From assembly GCA_003971905.1 (NCBI GenBank), contig RSEE01000073.1, positions 1-64,000 on the forward strand: a stretch of DNA of 64,000 bases, in the 5' to 3' direction. Position numbers and translations under genes: made by a program. This DNA comes from Moniliella sp. 'wahieum'. Its lineage: Eukaryota. The notes beneath the pieces are model-generated. The model had not been told where the DNA came from. It was given only the letters and a program-made list of their open reading frames with translations, and ran no database searches. The stretch's first letter is position 1. Each line of letters starts with the position of its first letter. Below, in pieces: positions 24,889 through 39,817 of this stretch.

Positions 24889-25750
24889 TTGCTTTTCTTT
24901 TGTTGCGCTATTGATAATTCCGAGCCAATTTTTGCGCACAACAAGCCTTTGAAGGCTGCGTGCCGTACAGTGTCGAACCGGACTCGGCGCCTGTGTACAG
25001 TTGGGGTCCTGATGAATGGCTGAGTAGGGAAGGAGATGGCGCGCGCATCCGGCTTCTCTTCTCTCACAGGCCCGGGCCCCTTCCTTGTTCGGCGAATTGC
25101 CCAAGTCGGCTATGAACCTTTTCTCTGAACTGTGCTCTTCTGCCATATGTATATGTTGTCGCTCCGAGACTCTTCCACGCGACTCCAATCTGTTGCTCTG
25201 TGTGGCTCTATCCACCATACACGTCAGTATATGCAGAACAGAGGAGATGTAATACTCCGGCCAACAAGGAACAGAGTTTTAGTACTACTTATCCGCATAT
25301 ATATCAACCCACAGAAGATATACGGGCCTACATTTGCCCTTCAATTAACTCTTCAAGTAATGATTCGTTCAATAGAGGCAACCTCAGCTACTCGTCCTAT
25401 CCCTAACCGGTGGATCGACCGAGGAAAGTATAACTAATGGCTGAGAGGACTGCTCATGTACGCCAAATAGTATGGCTTTTGTACCGTCCCCATTACTATA
25501 CGCCACCGGATATTGTGGGCATTCTTAATCTGGCAGACGCAGTGTTCAACGCTGCGGCGTTATGTATGCGTGTTCTCCCTTAAAGCTGTGCGCAAAGCCA
25601 ATACCCCCCCCCCCTCCTTGCTTGTACTGATAACGCCGCCACCACTACGTTTCTCGCGCCACCACCACTACCACCACTGTTACATCCGTACCCATCACAC
25701 TCTCTACCGTGGATCGACGATAGCCCTGAAGAGGCTGGTCAGAGTACGAT

Positions 25751-27403
25751 ATGGACTTGCCCCCTCGCTCTCAACACCAAACATTGGCATCGCCCGAGGA
25801 TGACGCAGAAGCACCCCTGTTACCCAACTATCAATCTCGATTTCCATGTTCAACACTCCCATCCACAACTTCCCGCCTGTTACATGGCATCCGCTGTTCT
25901 CTGTCCCTATGCACATCCGACCGCCGTCTTTCTTTGCTTTACGCGCTTCAACCACCAAGAGCAACAACAAAAAGGACATCGACCCCATTCCCTTATTGCC
26001 CCGCGGAGAAATTTCCCAGCAAAGGGACAGGCAGAGCAACCAGTCCGCACACATCGCTGAGATTGCTGGATTGCCCTGCTTGCATAATAAGCAAGTCGGG
26101 CCAACAACAAAACGCCTCTCCAGCATGGCCAGCATAATGGCAAACAAGATGTTGGGGCCCCTGGTGAACAAAAGTCCTCCCGGCGGAGAGGAGAACTCTG
26201 AAAGGGCTGGTTGGCATCCTTCGGGCCTCTTTCTATCTACCCTCATTAGATTGCCAGTGAAACGGAGTCGTGCGTCTGCTTCTACAGCAGCAAGAAGAGA
26301 AACTCCAGCATCTTCTTTCGTGTTGACCTCCAGCGCTACGTCCGATTCCGGTAGGAGGAATGAGATGTTGGAATATCGCAGCAGCATCCTTCTCATACCA
26401 ATAAATGCTCCCTGAGCATACCGGTACCAGATGTCCGTTCGGGCGCACCTTTCTTATCTACCCGTGGGTCTGTTCTCGATACTCATCAAAACAATGGGCA
26501 AGATGATGCCAGCTCAACCATCAAAAGCAACATGGTTGGTCCGAATCCGCGTGAGGAACTGCCCCCAGAATTGACAGCCGGGATGGAACCAAATACGGCT
26601 AAGCTTCGGGCCAAACCAGGGCTCCAATTAATGGGGAAAAGCCCTCCGGCATCTGTACGGCCAACAAATGAAGGCGTTGGGAGCACCCAGCCGTTACTGT
26701 TGATTTTGGCAAAGCAGTCTTTGGCATCACAGGACAATCCCGACTCCCTAATGGAAATGGTAGATTTACCTTCGCCCCCCTTCTTTTTTGCGGCAAGGAG
26801 AATGCAGTCCACAACACCTGGAAGCAAGACAGGGTCTTGGGTATAATTCAACATGCGGGAGTCGGCATGGTGGATCGTGACCCCCACATGGTACCAGGCA
26901 AGCAAGAGGGAAGACGAAAACATTTTGGCGGTGTGCCCTCTATGTCCGCCGATTTGGACACGCACAAGGGGTCAGACGTACCTCGAATCCATTCTTCGAG
27001 TTCGACGGAGGCCACCTGTGTGGGGAACGCTAGCGACCATGGCCGAATCCATCATCCGAGTCATGGATGGAGTTTTTCAACGGCTGGAAATCATTTCAGC
27101 ACAGCAGGTCCCGGTGATGTCAACAAGGTCCCAGACCTGAACCCACTCCATACTATTTCGCCTGCGCCACGTTCGGGCAATAGTCCTGTAAAAAAGTCTC
27201 CTATGGCGGCGGAAGGTTACTCGGTCAATCATAACGACCTTTTGGCCACCCTCGGCGCTCAATATCCTGGATTGATCCCGCCCTTGGATTTGGATGGAAC
27301 TCAAGATGGCAAGGCAACAACGGCACAGCGGCGGGTCATTATCATCCAAGCACGGAAAGACGCTCTTTCAAAATTGGTTGGACAACATCAGCGCACTGAT
27401 TGA
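25751..27403 (+). CDS. Hypothetical low-complexity protein, fragmented over consecutive ORFs
   Basis: A chain of same-strand ORFs (25751-26137, 25846-26415, 26532-26846, 26837-27403) with S/P/T-rich, protein-like composition. No recognisable domain. Confidence 0.3.
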
Positions 27404-28886
27404 TGTTCCATGTAGACACACTCCCGCCTGACTCCTCCATTCACGGAATCTCAGTTAGCATGGAACGGCACCATAAACTTTTTGTTCACATTTGCATGGT
27501 CGGCCCGTTTACTCCCTGTCTAGCAGAAAAAAAGCTGTGGGCGGTACCTGAAAATAAAAGGGGATTATCACAGGATGCACCCCAGTCAGCGCGAGGACAT
27601 TTTCACTCTTTCTATCGTCTCTATCTCTTCGTACCATGCCGTTATCGTCATTTCCACTGGGGAGGCTCTCCTAGCAAACGATAACCAAGGGCTTTTCCCT
27701 CCGTTGGCCATCCTTATCGCTAGATTCTTTTATTCCCTCGTCACACGGTTCTACTCCCACCATCCTGCGCTGGTCTTGTCCGTTTGGTTTGTACAGTCTG
27801 GTTTGTACAGTCTGGTTTGTACATCGCGCATCGTGGATGATGGGGGGTCAGCCGTCACCATGTCGATTCCAATCTCGCTCGTTACACTTCCCCCATCCGC
27901 ATCAACCTGGTTGCCTCCCATGACCATCGTTACATCGTTCGCGTATATGTCACCGACTCCGCCGACTATGTCTTATCTTTGTCAAGCGTTCACAAGGCGT
28001 TTCTCGGTTTACTAGAAACATGGGGAAATTATGAGGCCTGTGTATAGTCACATGTTTTCTCTGCCCCCCTTTCTGGGATGTGTACCCTCTATTCACCAAT
28101 GTCTGAAAAAAGTCGGTCCGTCTCTGGTCTCTCTTTTGGGATGGATATATGCATGTGTAACTGTTCTTTCCGTCGCTCTTAAGGGAGAGTGTAACCTCTC
28201 TTTCTTTTTCCGCCTACATGCAACACCCACACATTCTTTTCTTGCGCATTACTGGTCCACCGCCGTCGTTGTGTCGCTTTCTTGCACAGTGTGTCAGGCT
28301 CAATTCAAGCATCAACACTTGAAGTCTTGGGATATAGTTTTTCAGCATGCCCGATATATATGGAAGTCTGCCAGCTGAGGTAAAAAAAAGACACCGCAAC
28401 ACGCAGGCGAGCAGAGGTCTCACAGCCAATCTGTTCGGCCAAGCACTCTGCATTTTGCAGAACCGAACCGCCGCACCGACACAGCAGCGATGCCAGCCAG
28501 CAACACGGAGGAGGTGCTCGGCGTTCTCCTGCTGGCGTTGGTGAGCAACTGCCAGACCCCCGTTCTCGGGTGTTGTTCGTGCGTATCTGCTGGCCGAGCC
28601 ACTGATGGGGCTCAGCTGAGCGCTCCGCGGCTGGGCCCCGCCTGCCGCCGCCAGTTGAAATTGCAACTGGGCTTCCACGTGGCCCCGCGCTTGGCAGCCG
28701 CGTGTCCGCCTGCGCGCTGCTGTGCTGGCGCGCGTGACACTGGCCCACTGCCGCGACGGCAAGTGCGCCTACTCGGGGTTCTGGCCGTCCCTACCACCTC
28801 CACCCCCCCTTCACCCCCACCACCTCCACCCCCACCCCCACCAGCCGCTTCCCCCGCACCCACTCCATCCACATCCCGCCGTCATC

Positions 28887-29742
<856 letters not shown>

Positions 29743-31717
29743 AAAGCTCTGCTCTATCCTCCTTTCTACGCCATTTGCTCCACCTCTTGATGTGCCTCCC
29801 CCCCTCCCCCCAACCACCACCACCGCTACCCTTCCGCTTCTGTGTTGTCTCCACTCCCACATGGCATTTCACACATACCTGATGGCCCACCTAGGCCTCG
29901 CCACTCCTGCTCTACTCCGAACCTGGTGCTCTCGCCCTGTCTCTGCAGGGGGTTTGTGTCCTCTTTGTGTGCGTATGGGAAGGGGAAGGGAGGACGAATC
30001 CCGCTTCACATCAGCCGCTTGGACAAGTTCCAACCCCCCCCCTCCCACATCTTTCTCCCGGCTTTCACACCTCCCATTTACACCCCATGGGCAATTGACT
30101 GTGGTACAAGCAAATGAACGAGACGAATGCGCTGGGTCTGGATATGGAATCGCAGATAGCGACAGGAGCAATGCGCAGTGTACTGGGACACGAAGTCGGC
30201 GGGGATTAGGATTCGTTTGGGTAGGGCATCGGATAGGTTAACTGCACCTTGGCTGGGGCAGTGTAGGTGGGGTGCTGGGGTGAAATGAGAAACGCCCGGT
30301 TATGGGAGGAGAGTGGACAGACCCAAAAGAAGGATTGGACACTTGGTCCCGCATATTGATGGTGACGTTGGTGCCACGCGGAACGTTGATGACGTTGAGG
30401 TTCTACGGGCGTCGGTTTGGCAACGATGGTGGCGACACATCACGTGACCGCGCACGCTCACCTGTGCTGTGGCTGCCAACGTCCCGATGGCCCTTGACTT
30501 CCATGGAGATGGTGGGGTTATCACATCGTCATCAACGCCAGCAAACGGCATCTATAGGAGAACCAAGTGATGGGGTGGGGCCCCAACCACGCCATCCTAT
30601 TCCCTGTGGCTTCCTCGTTCTCCTCAGAACCGGATCCTCTATTCACCTCCTCCGTTATTAGTCAGTGCAAACCACAGGCTTGGCTGCGGAAAATGAAAAC
30701 GGCTTCAACTTCAACTTCACACACTGCAGGCAGAAAGGACCTTGACACAAACGCACAGACCACTCTGTGGCTCGACCCCAGCGCCGTTTCGGGTGGGGGG
30801 ACTCGAGGCTGTATACGAGAGGTATTTTACGGAGATATGGATGCGTACGGACATATGGATGAGAGGCCGGGTACTAGGAATATGTGAATGGCCGCCCTCT
30901 CCTAGCGGGCTCTCCGATCTCATATGCAGATTTCTTATCGCCTCTTAGATCTCGTGTCTAGAGAGAGCCCCCCCCCCGCATGTGTGGCTTTTAGCTCTGG
31001 TACAGAGCGAATATAGCGCTCGGACAAGCTCGGACTACTTGGATGGGACAGCGGCGTACTTTTGCCCGGCCTCAGCTGTTCTCCCCAAAGAACTCTCGTC
31101 CCCGTTCCTATGCGCTCTGGCTGCGAGCGGAAATTGGCCCCTCTTGTCCCCACCCGCAATTGCCGCTTGCTCATTGCACGGAGCCAACCTGCGTAATGAT
31201 TAGTTTGTGTGGGCACACATCCAAGTCCGAACGTACAGCGTACTAACCCCGCTGGAGCAGCGCGCAGTTGGGTGTCGGCGTGCTTAATGCCTGCTGAGTG
31301 ACAGCCCAGTTGCTGTCCGGGCGGAGACATACGTGCCTTCGGCCTTAGGCCTTGGGTTTGGCCACCGGCTGCCCGGTCAGGCGTTTGGCGCTTGACGTAA
31401 TATGTTTACCCCGCATGGCTGCTGCGCTAACCCCACCACGGCCATCTATTTGCGCGGGTGTGTGAAGCTGCTTGTTGTCCCTCCCTCGCTTGTCGCAACT
31501 TGTGGGGCTCCTCCATCCTATTCTCCCAACCAAAAAGACTATAGTTCGTGAGAGATGCGGCGAGCATTCAGGGATGCTGCTAAGCGTTGGACGTTGATTC
31601 GCGACGCTCCACAATAAGAACAGTCTTTTGCCCCAACCAAAATAAAGTCTCTCGCTCCCTTCTTCCACACCTCCCTCCCCCAGTCTCACCAACTCTCTGC
31701 CCCTTGCTTGCTCCCCC

Positions 31718-33596
31718 ATGGCCGCCCTTTCCCCCCAGATCCTGCGTTCGCCTCTGGAGCTGCCGCCCCTGCCCGAAGGAAATTTGGTGCACCTGCTCCG
31801 CTCCGGTCGGGACGAGATAGCCCCTGACGCGCCCGTGTTCACCACTCTCGATGGCCGCCAGACATTGCAGTACGGGCAAGTGATCGCCTTGGCCGATCAG
31901 CTGGCCCATGCTCTGCGGCACACCCTGGGTCTTGCTCCCGGCGAGACAATTGCGATCGTATGCGACAACTCGATCTGGTATCCCGTTCTGATCCACGCCT
32001 GTCTCGTTGCTGGTGTCGTCCCTGTCCCCCTTGGCACTGCATTAGTCGCCGACGAGCTTAGCCACCCTTTCGCTGATGCCAAGGTCAAGTACGTTGTTGC
32101 TTCTCCTGCGAGCCAGGGTGTAGAACGCGTCCGGACTGCGTTGGAGACGGCAAAGCACCCCCAGGCCACGGAGAGCCAAACGGTCTGGCTGTTATCGGAC
32201 GAGGAAGCGATGGCATCGGGACCCCAAGGGGAGAAGGACTTGCGCACGTTGCTGGACCCAACGAAAGTGCTACCGGTTCATCCAGTTCCCTCTCCCGAGA
32301 CCACTGCGGCCGCGATCATTTACTCGTCGGGCACCACAGGGCGCATGAAGGGTACACTGCTTTCCCACCGCAACATAAGTGCTGCCTTGGTCATGACTGA
32401 CTCGGGGGCTCCCCTAGGGGAGGAGAGGTATCTATGCAACTTGCCCATGTACCACGGTTATGCGTTGATCATGTTCGTCTTTCGTGCGTTCCTTGCTGGT
32501 TCCCCCACCGTTGTCGGTCGTCAGTTTGACTTGGTACAGATGGGGAAGGCGATTGAGCAGCACAAAATTACTTTCATTGCTGCCGTTCCACCCGTCATGG
32601 TGCTGCTGGCCAAGAGCCCCTTGTTGGACCAGTTTGATCTATCTTCTCTCAAGTTCATTCTCTGTGGGGCGGCACCTCTGTCGGGGGAGCTAGCGAATCA
32701 AGTGCGGTCTCGTCTGGGGGTCAAGGTAGGCCAGGGGTATGCACTGAGCGAGTCATCGGTCGCCCTGAGCAAGACGTCGTTTGGTCCCGATATGAAGGAG
32801 AATCCGGCGTGCTCTGGTACTCTTCTCCCTGGCATCGAGCTTCGCTTGGTTGAACTCGACAGTGGGAAGGATGTGGGATTCACAGAGGGAGAAGGAGTGA
32901 ATGGGGCCACGCTGGAAGGGGAGATTTGGATTCGTGGGCCCAATGTGTTTATGGGCTACTTGAACAGTCCTGAAGCTACGCGCGATGCCTTCCATGATGG
33001 GTGGTTCCGTACAGGAGACTTGGGCTATGTCAAAGAGGGAGAGGTGTACCTGTCGGGGAGATCAAAGGATCTCATCAAGGTGGGAGGCCGACAGTACGTT
33101 TCCTTTTTCCTCGTGTCACATTTTGCCCTTGCACGCCTGTGTTGAGAGAATGTGTGGGGGGAAATCTGCTCTCTGTGGATGCTAACCTTTCTTGATTCAG
33201 AGTGGCTCCTGCCGAGCTCGAAGCAATCATCCTCAGTTTCCACAAGGTGGCTGACTGTGCCGTTGTCCCCCTAGTGGTGGAGGAGAAGGCAACCGAGTAT
33301 CCTCTGGCATTCATTGTACCCAAACCCGAGTTCAAGGACGAAATGTTCCTGGGCCTGGAGACGCGTATGTTCGTCGATCGCAAGGTGGCGCACTACAAGC
33401 GTCTTCAAGGTGGAGTCAAGATCATAGAAGCAATCCCAAAGAGGTACGTCTTTTGTGTTCCATTGGCTGGGGTGAGGCGAATACGGGCGGGGACTGACTC
33501 GCGGTTGTCTTGGCTTGCTGTAGCCCCTCGGGCAAGATCCTGCATCGTGTTTTGCGTGACCGTCTCAAGGCGGAGGCTCAAAAAGCGAAGCTTTGA
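31718..33596 (+). CDS. 4-coumarate-CoA-ligase-like AMP-dependent acyl-CoA synthetase, peroxisomal; exons 31718-33093, 33201-33443, 33524-33596
   Basis: YSSGTTGRMKG, GQGYALSE, GEIWIRG, DGWFRTGD, KDLIKVGGRQ|VAPAELE, IPKS|PSGKILHR. The spliced C-terminus ends -AKL (PTS1). Confidence 0.92.
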
Positions 33597-33945
33597 TTGT
33601 GGCTCTCTGTTTCCAGAACTTAAGGTATGATGAATGTATTAGAATGGGCCCATATGTACGCCGGCACAAACGGTGGAGGGTGTGGGGAGAGGAGAGGGCC
33701 AAGATGTCCGAGGCGAGTCGCTAAAATGGTGTCGGCGGTGGCCTGCGTTGACTTGGATGACTGAGCACAGACAGGGTAAATAAGACAGGCGCGACTAAAA
33801 CTGGAGGTAAACTGATAGAAATGTCAATTGGTGAGTGTGTTTTTTTCTTTTTTTTTTTTTGGCAGCCGGCAGAAAACAACAACACTTGCCGACTTGACTT
33901 TTTCAGTCCGCCTCCTGGCACTGCCGTCTCCCGCGTCTTCTCATC

Positions 33946-36900
33946 ATGGCTGCGGCTCCCGAGTACGTTGTGGCGGTGCATTCGCTGCTCGGCCAGACTC
34001 TCCAGCCCGACACTGCCACAGTCAAGGCGGCGGAGGAGGGACTGGCCGCGCTAGCCAGCGACCCTGCCTTGGTACCTGTGTTGTACCAGATCCTGATCGA
34101 GGCTCCCGAAGATGGTGTGCGGCAAAGTGCAGCGTTGGGGCTACAGAAACGCGTGCCCGAAGCATGGTCCACATTGTCTTCCGATATGCGGGAGGGCATG
34201 AAAGTCAGGCTACTTCGTCTGGCTGTGGAAGAAGCGTCTCTGCCTTCGAATTTGCGCTCGTCGGTGGCCCAGGTGGTCGGGGCGATTGCCTCTGTTGAGC
34301 TGGCGGAAGGTGCGTGGCCCCAGCTGGTCCCAAGCTTGGTTCAGCACATTGAACAGGGTAGCCAGGAACAGAAGACTTCAGCTCTGGGTCTTCTTTATGT
34401 TCTTCTGGAGCTGCTTCCTGTCGACGAGGGATGGGGCGTGACGGAGGTGCAGGTGGCAAGCTTGTTGACCGCTACCCTCTCGGATCCCACCAGTCTGGAC
34501 GTGCGTATCCTCTCTGTTCGCGACTTGGGCAAGCTGGAAGAAACGGCGGATTCGGTAACGGAGCATGTTTACTCCCTCTTCCCGCTCATGGTCCAGGTCC
34601 TGTACCAAGCGCTGGAGCAGTCGCATGAGCAAGGCGTCAAACAGGTTCTGGAGGTATTTGATGTCTTCTTCTTGAGCCCTGCCTCGACTTTGACACAGTA
34701 CCTTCCTGACCTACTCGACTTTTACCTCTCCACTGCGGCACGGTCCGACGTGGAGGAAGATCTGCGGGAAGCATTCCTCAACTCGGCCATTTGGACAGTG
34801 GCGCACAAGAGCTCGCGCATCCAGCACCTCGAACTTGCGCCTCGTCTGTTGGTACAGGCCATGACCATCGTTACCACAGACGAGTTTGATGAAGATGCAT
34901 CGAACCCAGCCATGAGCTCTCTCAGTCTAATTGCCACCTTGGCGCGCGACCTGGCGCCGAGCCAAGTATGGCCCACGCTCAATGCGCAGCTCCAAAAGTT
35001 TGCCTCGAGTCTTGATCCAGCGTTCCGTTGTGCGGGGCTGTTGACCCTGGGCGCATGTGCGGATGGTATGTCGGTGACGTTGCATGAGCACCTGGACTTG
35101 GTGTGGGCTGTGCTCGAGGCTGGCATTGTGGATGGAGAGCCTACGGTGCAGCAAGCCGGGTTGGCTTGTTTGTCAGACCTATGTGAGGAAATGGGGGAAG
35201 ACTTGTCAGCGTACCACGAGACGATTATGCCTGCGCTCATGACGCTAATTGGGCAGCCCAAGACACAAATGCAGGCGGCGCGGGCGCTGGACCAGTACCT
35301 CGAGTACATGGACACTGACATCTCCATCTACCTCCGTCTGGTGATGGAGACCTTGGCCGAATACGTGGACAGTGTCCAACTGCCCGTTCGTAAGGCGCTC
35401 ATTGCAGCCATTGGTTCGGCGGCCTATGCGGCGCGAGACGAGTTTGAGCCCTACCTGCCCGCTGTGATGGAAAAGTTGACTCCCTACCTCGCCAACACCA
35501 ACGAGACGGACGAAGAGCAAGTCGAGTTCCGTGCTGTGACTCAAGATGTGATTGGAACGCTAGCTGAAGCAGTGGGGTCAGACACGTTCCGCCCTTACTT
35601 TGCCACGACGATGGAGATGGCCTACAGCGGATTGAGTATGGACCACCCTATGGTGAGGGAAAGTTCGTACCTCTTCTTTGGGACGATGGCCAAAGTGTAC
35701 GAAACCGATTTTGCTTCGTTTTTGCCCAAGATTGTGCCCAAGTTGATCGAGGCGCTGAAGCGGCGGGAGGGAGAGTCGTCGGCAGACCAAAAGGAGGACG
35801 AAGACGAGGAATCCGACAGAGACTGGGACGAGTTGCCGAACGAGACGGCTTCGCCTCTGGTAGCGGAAAAGCGGGCGGCGGTGGAGGCGGTGAGCGATCT
35901 CTTTCAAGCGACCCGAGCTGCTTATCTACCCTACCTACAAACGTCAGTCGAGGCGCTGATCCCGCTTCTGACGCATCCTTCCCCCGACCTACGCAAAACG
36001 ACAATCCAATCCCTCTTCTCGGCGGTGGATACGTTGTACCAAATTAGCGACCTGCCCCCTTGGACAGCTGGAGTTGGCATCTCAGTTCCTGTTCCGGATG
36101 AGGTGAACCAACTGGTGGATGCCGTTATGGCCAACGTGGTTAATATTTGGGGCGACGAAGCCAACGAGTGAGTGTTCCAGTTGAGTTTTTGTGCCAACAG
36201 TTGTGCTGACGACCGGTCCGGTATGATACCCAGACTCGTCACGATGCAAGTATGCCAATCGTTGGCCGATTCCCTCGAAGTGGTGGGCCCGGTGCTGATC
36301 CACCGGTACCTGGACGATGTCAACACCATTGCCAAGAGTGTGCTGACCAAAACATCCTTGCCTCAAACCGTCCTAGCGGGTGAGGAGGCGGAACCCGAGG
36401 AGCAGGACGAGGACAGTACCCAGCTAGGCACTCTCTACATCAAGTCAGCCCTGGACCTAGTTGTGGCCATGGCCAATGCCTTGGGCTCTGACTTTGCTCC
36501 CTACTTCCAGTCGCTACTTCCTGAGGTGGCCAAGTTCTCCGAGGCAGGAAGAAGCAACTCGGAACGCAAGGCGGCCCTGACCACTTTGGGCGAGGTAGTG
36601 GCAGCAATGAAGGCCAGCATCACCCCATTTACCCCTGACTTGTTTATTGTTCTGGCTCGCGGGCTGCTGGACCAAGATGCGCCGAGTCGCACGGCCGCCA
36701 TCTATGCAGTGGGGGTCTTGATCCAGGTGGCCGAACGCGACTTGAGCGCATACTATGAAACGGTGCTCCAAGTCCTGACCACTTCACTCTCCCTGGCCAA
36801 CGTGGAGGAACAACCTGCGGACCTACGAGCGCAGAGAGACAATGCAGCGGGGTGCCTGGCCCGCATGGTCCGAAAGCATCCCCATCAACTCCCCTTGTCC

Positions 36901-37191
36901 CAAACATTATCCCTCATCTTTGGGGCGTTGCCCATGCTGGAGGACACGGCCGAGTGGGCGCCCGTGACGCAGATGTGCCTCTCACTCCTGGCCGCAGGCG
37001 ACGCCGAGGCCCAGCAGCATGTCGATGGTATGCTCTGTATCTTTGCCGATGTCCTCGCCTTGGCTTCGGATGAAGACCAGTCCCCTCTGGACGAAGAGTT
37101 GCACGCTGAGCTCCTCCGCTGCATCCAGACACTCCATACCCAGATTCCAACTCAAGTCCAAGCGGCAGGCCTCGAAGCCTATCTGGCGTAA
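33946..37191 (+). CDS. KAP123: Importin beta-family karyopherin (importin-4/Kap123-like), ~1060 aa; intron 36168-36233
   Basis: LQPDTATVKAAE..VRQSAALGLQKR..WPQLVP..VRESSYLFFGTMAKVY..EKRAAVEAVSDLF..RDNAAGCLARM..LPMLEDTAEW. Acidic HEAT-repeat composition. A GTGAGT..CTGAC..CAG intron joins the two ORFs in frame. Confidence 0.85.
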
Positions 37192-37476
37192 GACTCCCCA
37201 CTACCACAGGCACTGATCTATCATTTTTGGCGGTGACGCAGGTCAACCTGAACCTGGAATACCATGTCGGATCTTATATGACTTTCACGAGACTGGACAG
37301 CGCGGTCAACCCAAGCTTCAACAAAGGGAGCTTGGCTTGACTGCGCAGAAGGACCAAAGTAAGGAAATGGAATGAAGAGAGAGGGAGAATGAACTCTTGT
37401 AAGTATGGGTGAACCAGAGGAGAGGCGTAAAGCTTGGAAGCTTGAAAGAGGAAAGTTGTATTTTGAAACCGCGATC

Positions 37477-38597
37477 CTACTCGTCTTCTTCGTCATCATC
37501 TTCCTCCTCCATGAGTTGGCGCGCACGCTTGAGAGCATCGGCCTCATGACCATAATGGCCCCTTCGTTTGGCCTCAAAGAGATCTTGCGCCGCTCCTCAG
37601 GTGAAAGGGCGGGGGGCTCCTCATCCGAACTCTCCTCGCCATATTCCGAACTGACGGCGGAGCTGCTACCACCATTCACGGCCCGGAGTGCGGCGGCATC
37701 CAGTCCCACTGCTGCCGAGCTGGCACTGCTCCTCCTTCGCCCAACAGAGGCACGTCGTCCATTCGGGAGGCTGAAGCTAGGAGACCGCTGGAACGGCTTC
37801 GCTCGCTGCCTGCTTGCGAGCTACGCGATTCCCACTCGTCGGACGCGCTGTAGGAGGGACGAGATCCGTGAGGAGGATGGCCAAGACGAGCGTTGGCCTC
37901 GGTGTTGAGCCGTGTTCGTTCGGCATCGGTCGCGGGATCAGGCAGGGACGGGGCCGGGGCCTCATTCGCACCAGATGCGTCGAGTGAAAATCCTGGAGAC
38001 GGATAATTAAAAGAAAAAGAAGTCAGTGTGGGCAAGGGGAGCAGTGGCGCCGCAGGATGCCGGCTTACCCTCGTCTACGAGGTCCATGTCCATTGGGTCC
38101 TCGGCACCCTTGACAAAGGGCGTTTTGGGCTCATCGACCTTCATGCGCGGGGCAGTATGCTCTTTCCACCACTCATTGGAAGCCAGATTCGACTCGTCCC
38201 AATGCAGGCTAGCAAGGCAAAACAGGGCAGGGCAAGGCAAGGAAGGGCAGCGTTAGTTGCACAAGGGCCGTAACAGAGGAACGGGAGCGGCCTGGACAGA
38301 GTACTCACCGGCCGTCAGCGCCGCGGTAGGGCACAGCGTCGGCAGCAAGGTAGGATGCCGTTCAGCTGGCTGCGGTTCTGCACCGGGCGTCGTTCCAGCC
38401 ATGTCGATGTCGGCCGCGGGCTCGCCAGGGGCGGTCGACGGCGCGTCGGCGCTGGCCTGCGCTGGCACGGGGCGGTCGGGCTGGCTGGGGCGGCGGGGGT
38501 GCTTGAGGATGCCACGGAGCGGAGGCGCCGCAGAACCATACGACGGCGGCGGCGTGTGGGTCGAAGACGCGGCAGGCAGGGGGTCCGTTGCGCTCAT
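37477..38597 (-). CDS. GLC8: Protein phosphatase 1 inhibitor-2 (Glc8/IPP2-like); introns 38308-38209 and 38068-37993; 3 apparent frameshifts
   Basis: RGILK, LHWDESNL, MKVDEPKTPF, and FEAKRRGHY..EEEDDDEEDE* motifs occur in order, but need frame corrections at ~38350, ~37788 and ~37582. Confidence 0.85.
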
Positions 38598-39817
38598 GCC
38601 GACGAATCGCAGCGGTGGTCGTCGGCTGGATTGGGGGCCCCCGCCTTTCCCAACGCTTTCCCAGCCCCATCCGTGATCCGAGCGGGCCCGCCACGTACTT
38701 CCGCCCCAGGGCGGAGTTGCGTGCCCCGCCCCCTGCCCCGATTTAAACTTTCAACTGCCCGGGCGCCCACTCTCTCCGACTCCCGGCACATTCGACAGCT
38801 TCTATCATCAACTCGACCGCCGTCGTACAAAATTAACGACGGACCACGGTAACCATGTGGCAAACGAGGCTATATTACTCTTTGAATGCACGTCTTCATG
38901 TTCAATTAATTTGTGCATCAGTGCTAGGAGAGAGAAGCACTCCATACTCCGCCGGCCAGGCTCGCTTGACCCAGCTTATCGCGCCCCTCAAAGTTGGAGC
39001 AGGAGGTCCATGGTGGTGGTAGCAGTATAGTAGTCCAGGACCTTCTTCTCTCCTCCCACGTCATACGCACTCTTCTCTATAATTCAGACCAAAAACAACG
39101 GGGTGTAATAGCAAAGGTGGATATGGAAAGAGTAGTAGAAGAATATCATGTGCGTGTGGGCGATGAACATTGAATCAACATTCTATAAGACCCCCCTCTT
39201 TCGCCAGTTGGTTCTTTCCAATAAGACTGAACATGACAGATCTGTTTGGCAGTCATAGTGGCATGTACTGCGCAAGGTACTACTTGACTGGGTACACCTC
39301 ATATTAGTGAGTTGAGTATATCTCTCTCTTTTGCCCAGCTTGTTACGGGCTAGTGCGGCTGTGACATATGTGAGCCCGCAAAGCCCCCTAATTGTCCTAT
39401 CTCCATAAAAGGAGAGGTTGGGTTCGCACCGCCGGTATTATAAGTGGTAACGGAAGGACAGAGGGACTTGCGATTGATACGACTTTTGATTCGCAACCCG
39501 ACGTCCGATAGAAGGAAAGACTCGGGTGTGCGATCAAGAATGGCTCGGATTGGTGACTTGACGATCAATGCATGAATGAAGGAGAGGGGTGTGCCAATAA
39601 GCAACGAGTTGAGCCCATGGCTTTTTGGTGGAGCAGACAATTAAAGGGTCTTCGTGACCCGACGGTTCGTTTAGCAACGGGTGAAACGAGGAGCGTACCA
39701 AACTCACGCGATGGGTTTCTCAACGATAGGCAGAACGGGCGATGCTCGATGCAGGTGCTTCGGGTCATTCATTATGTCAAGGGTCGACCTCCACCCAGTC
39801 CGTGGCCAAGAGGCTAA

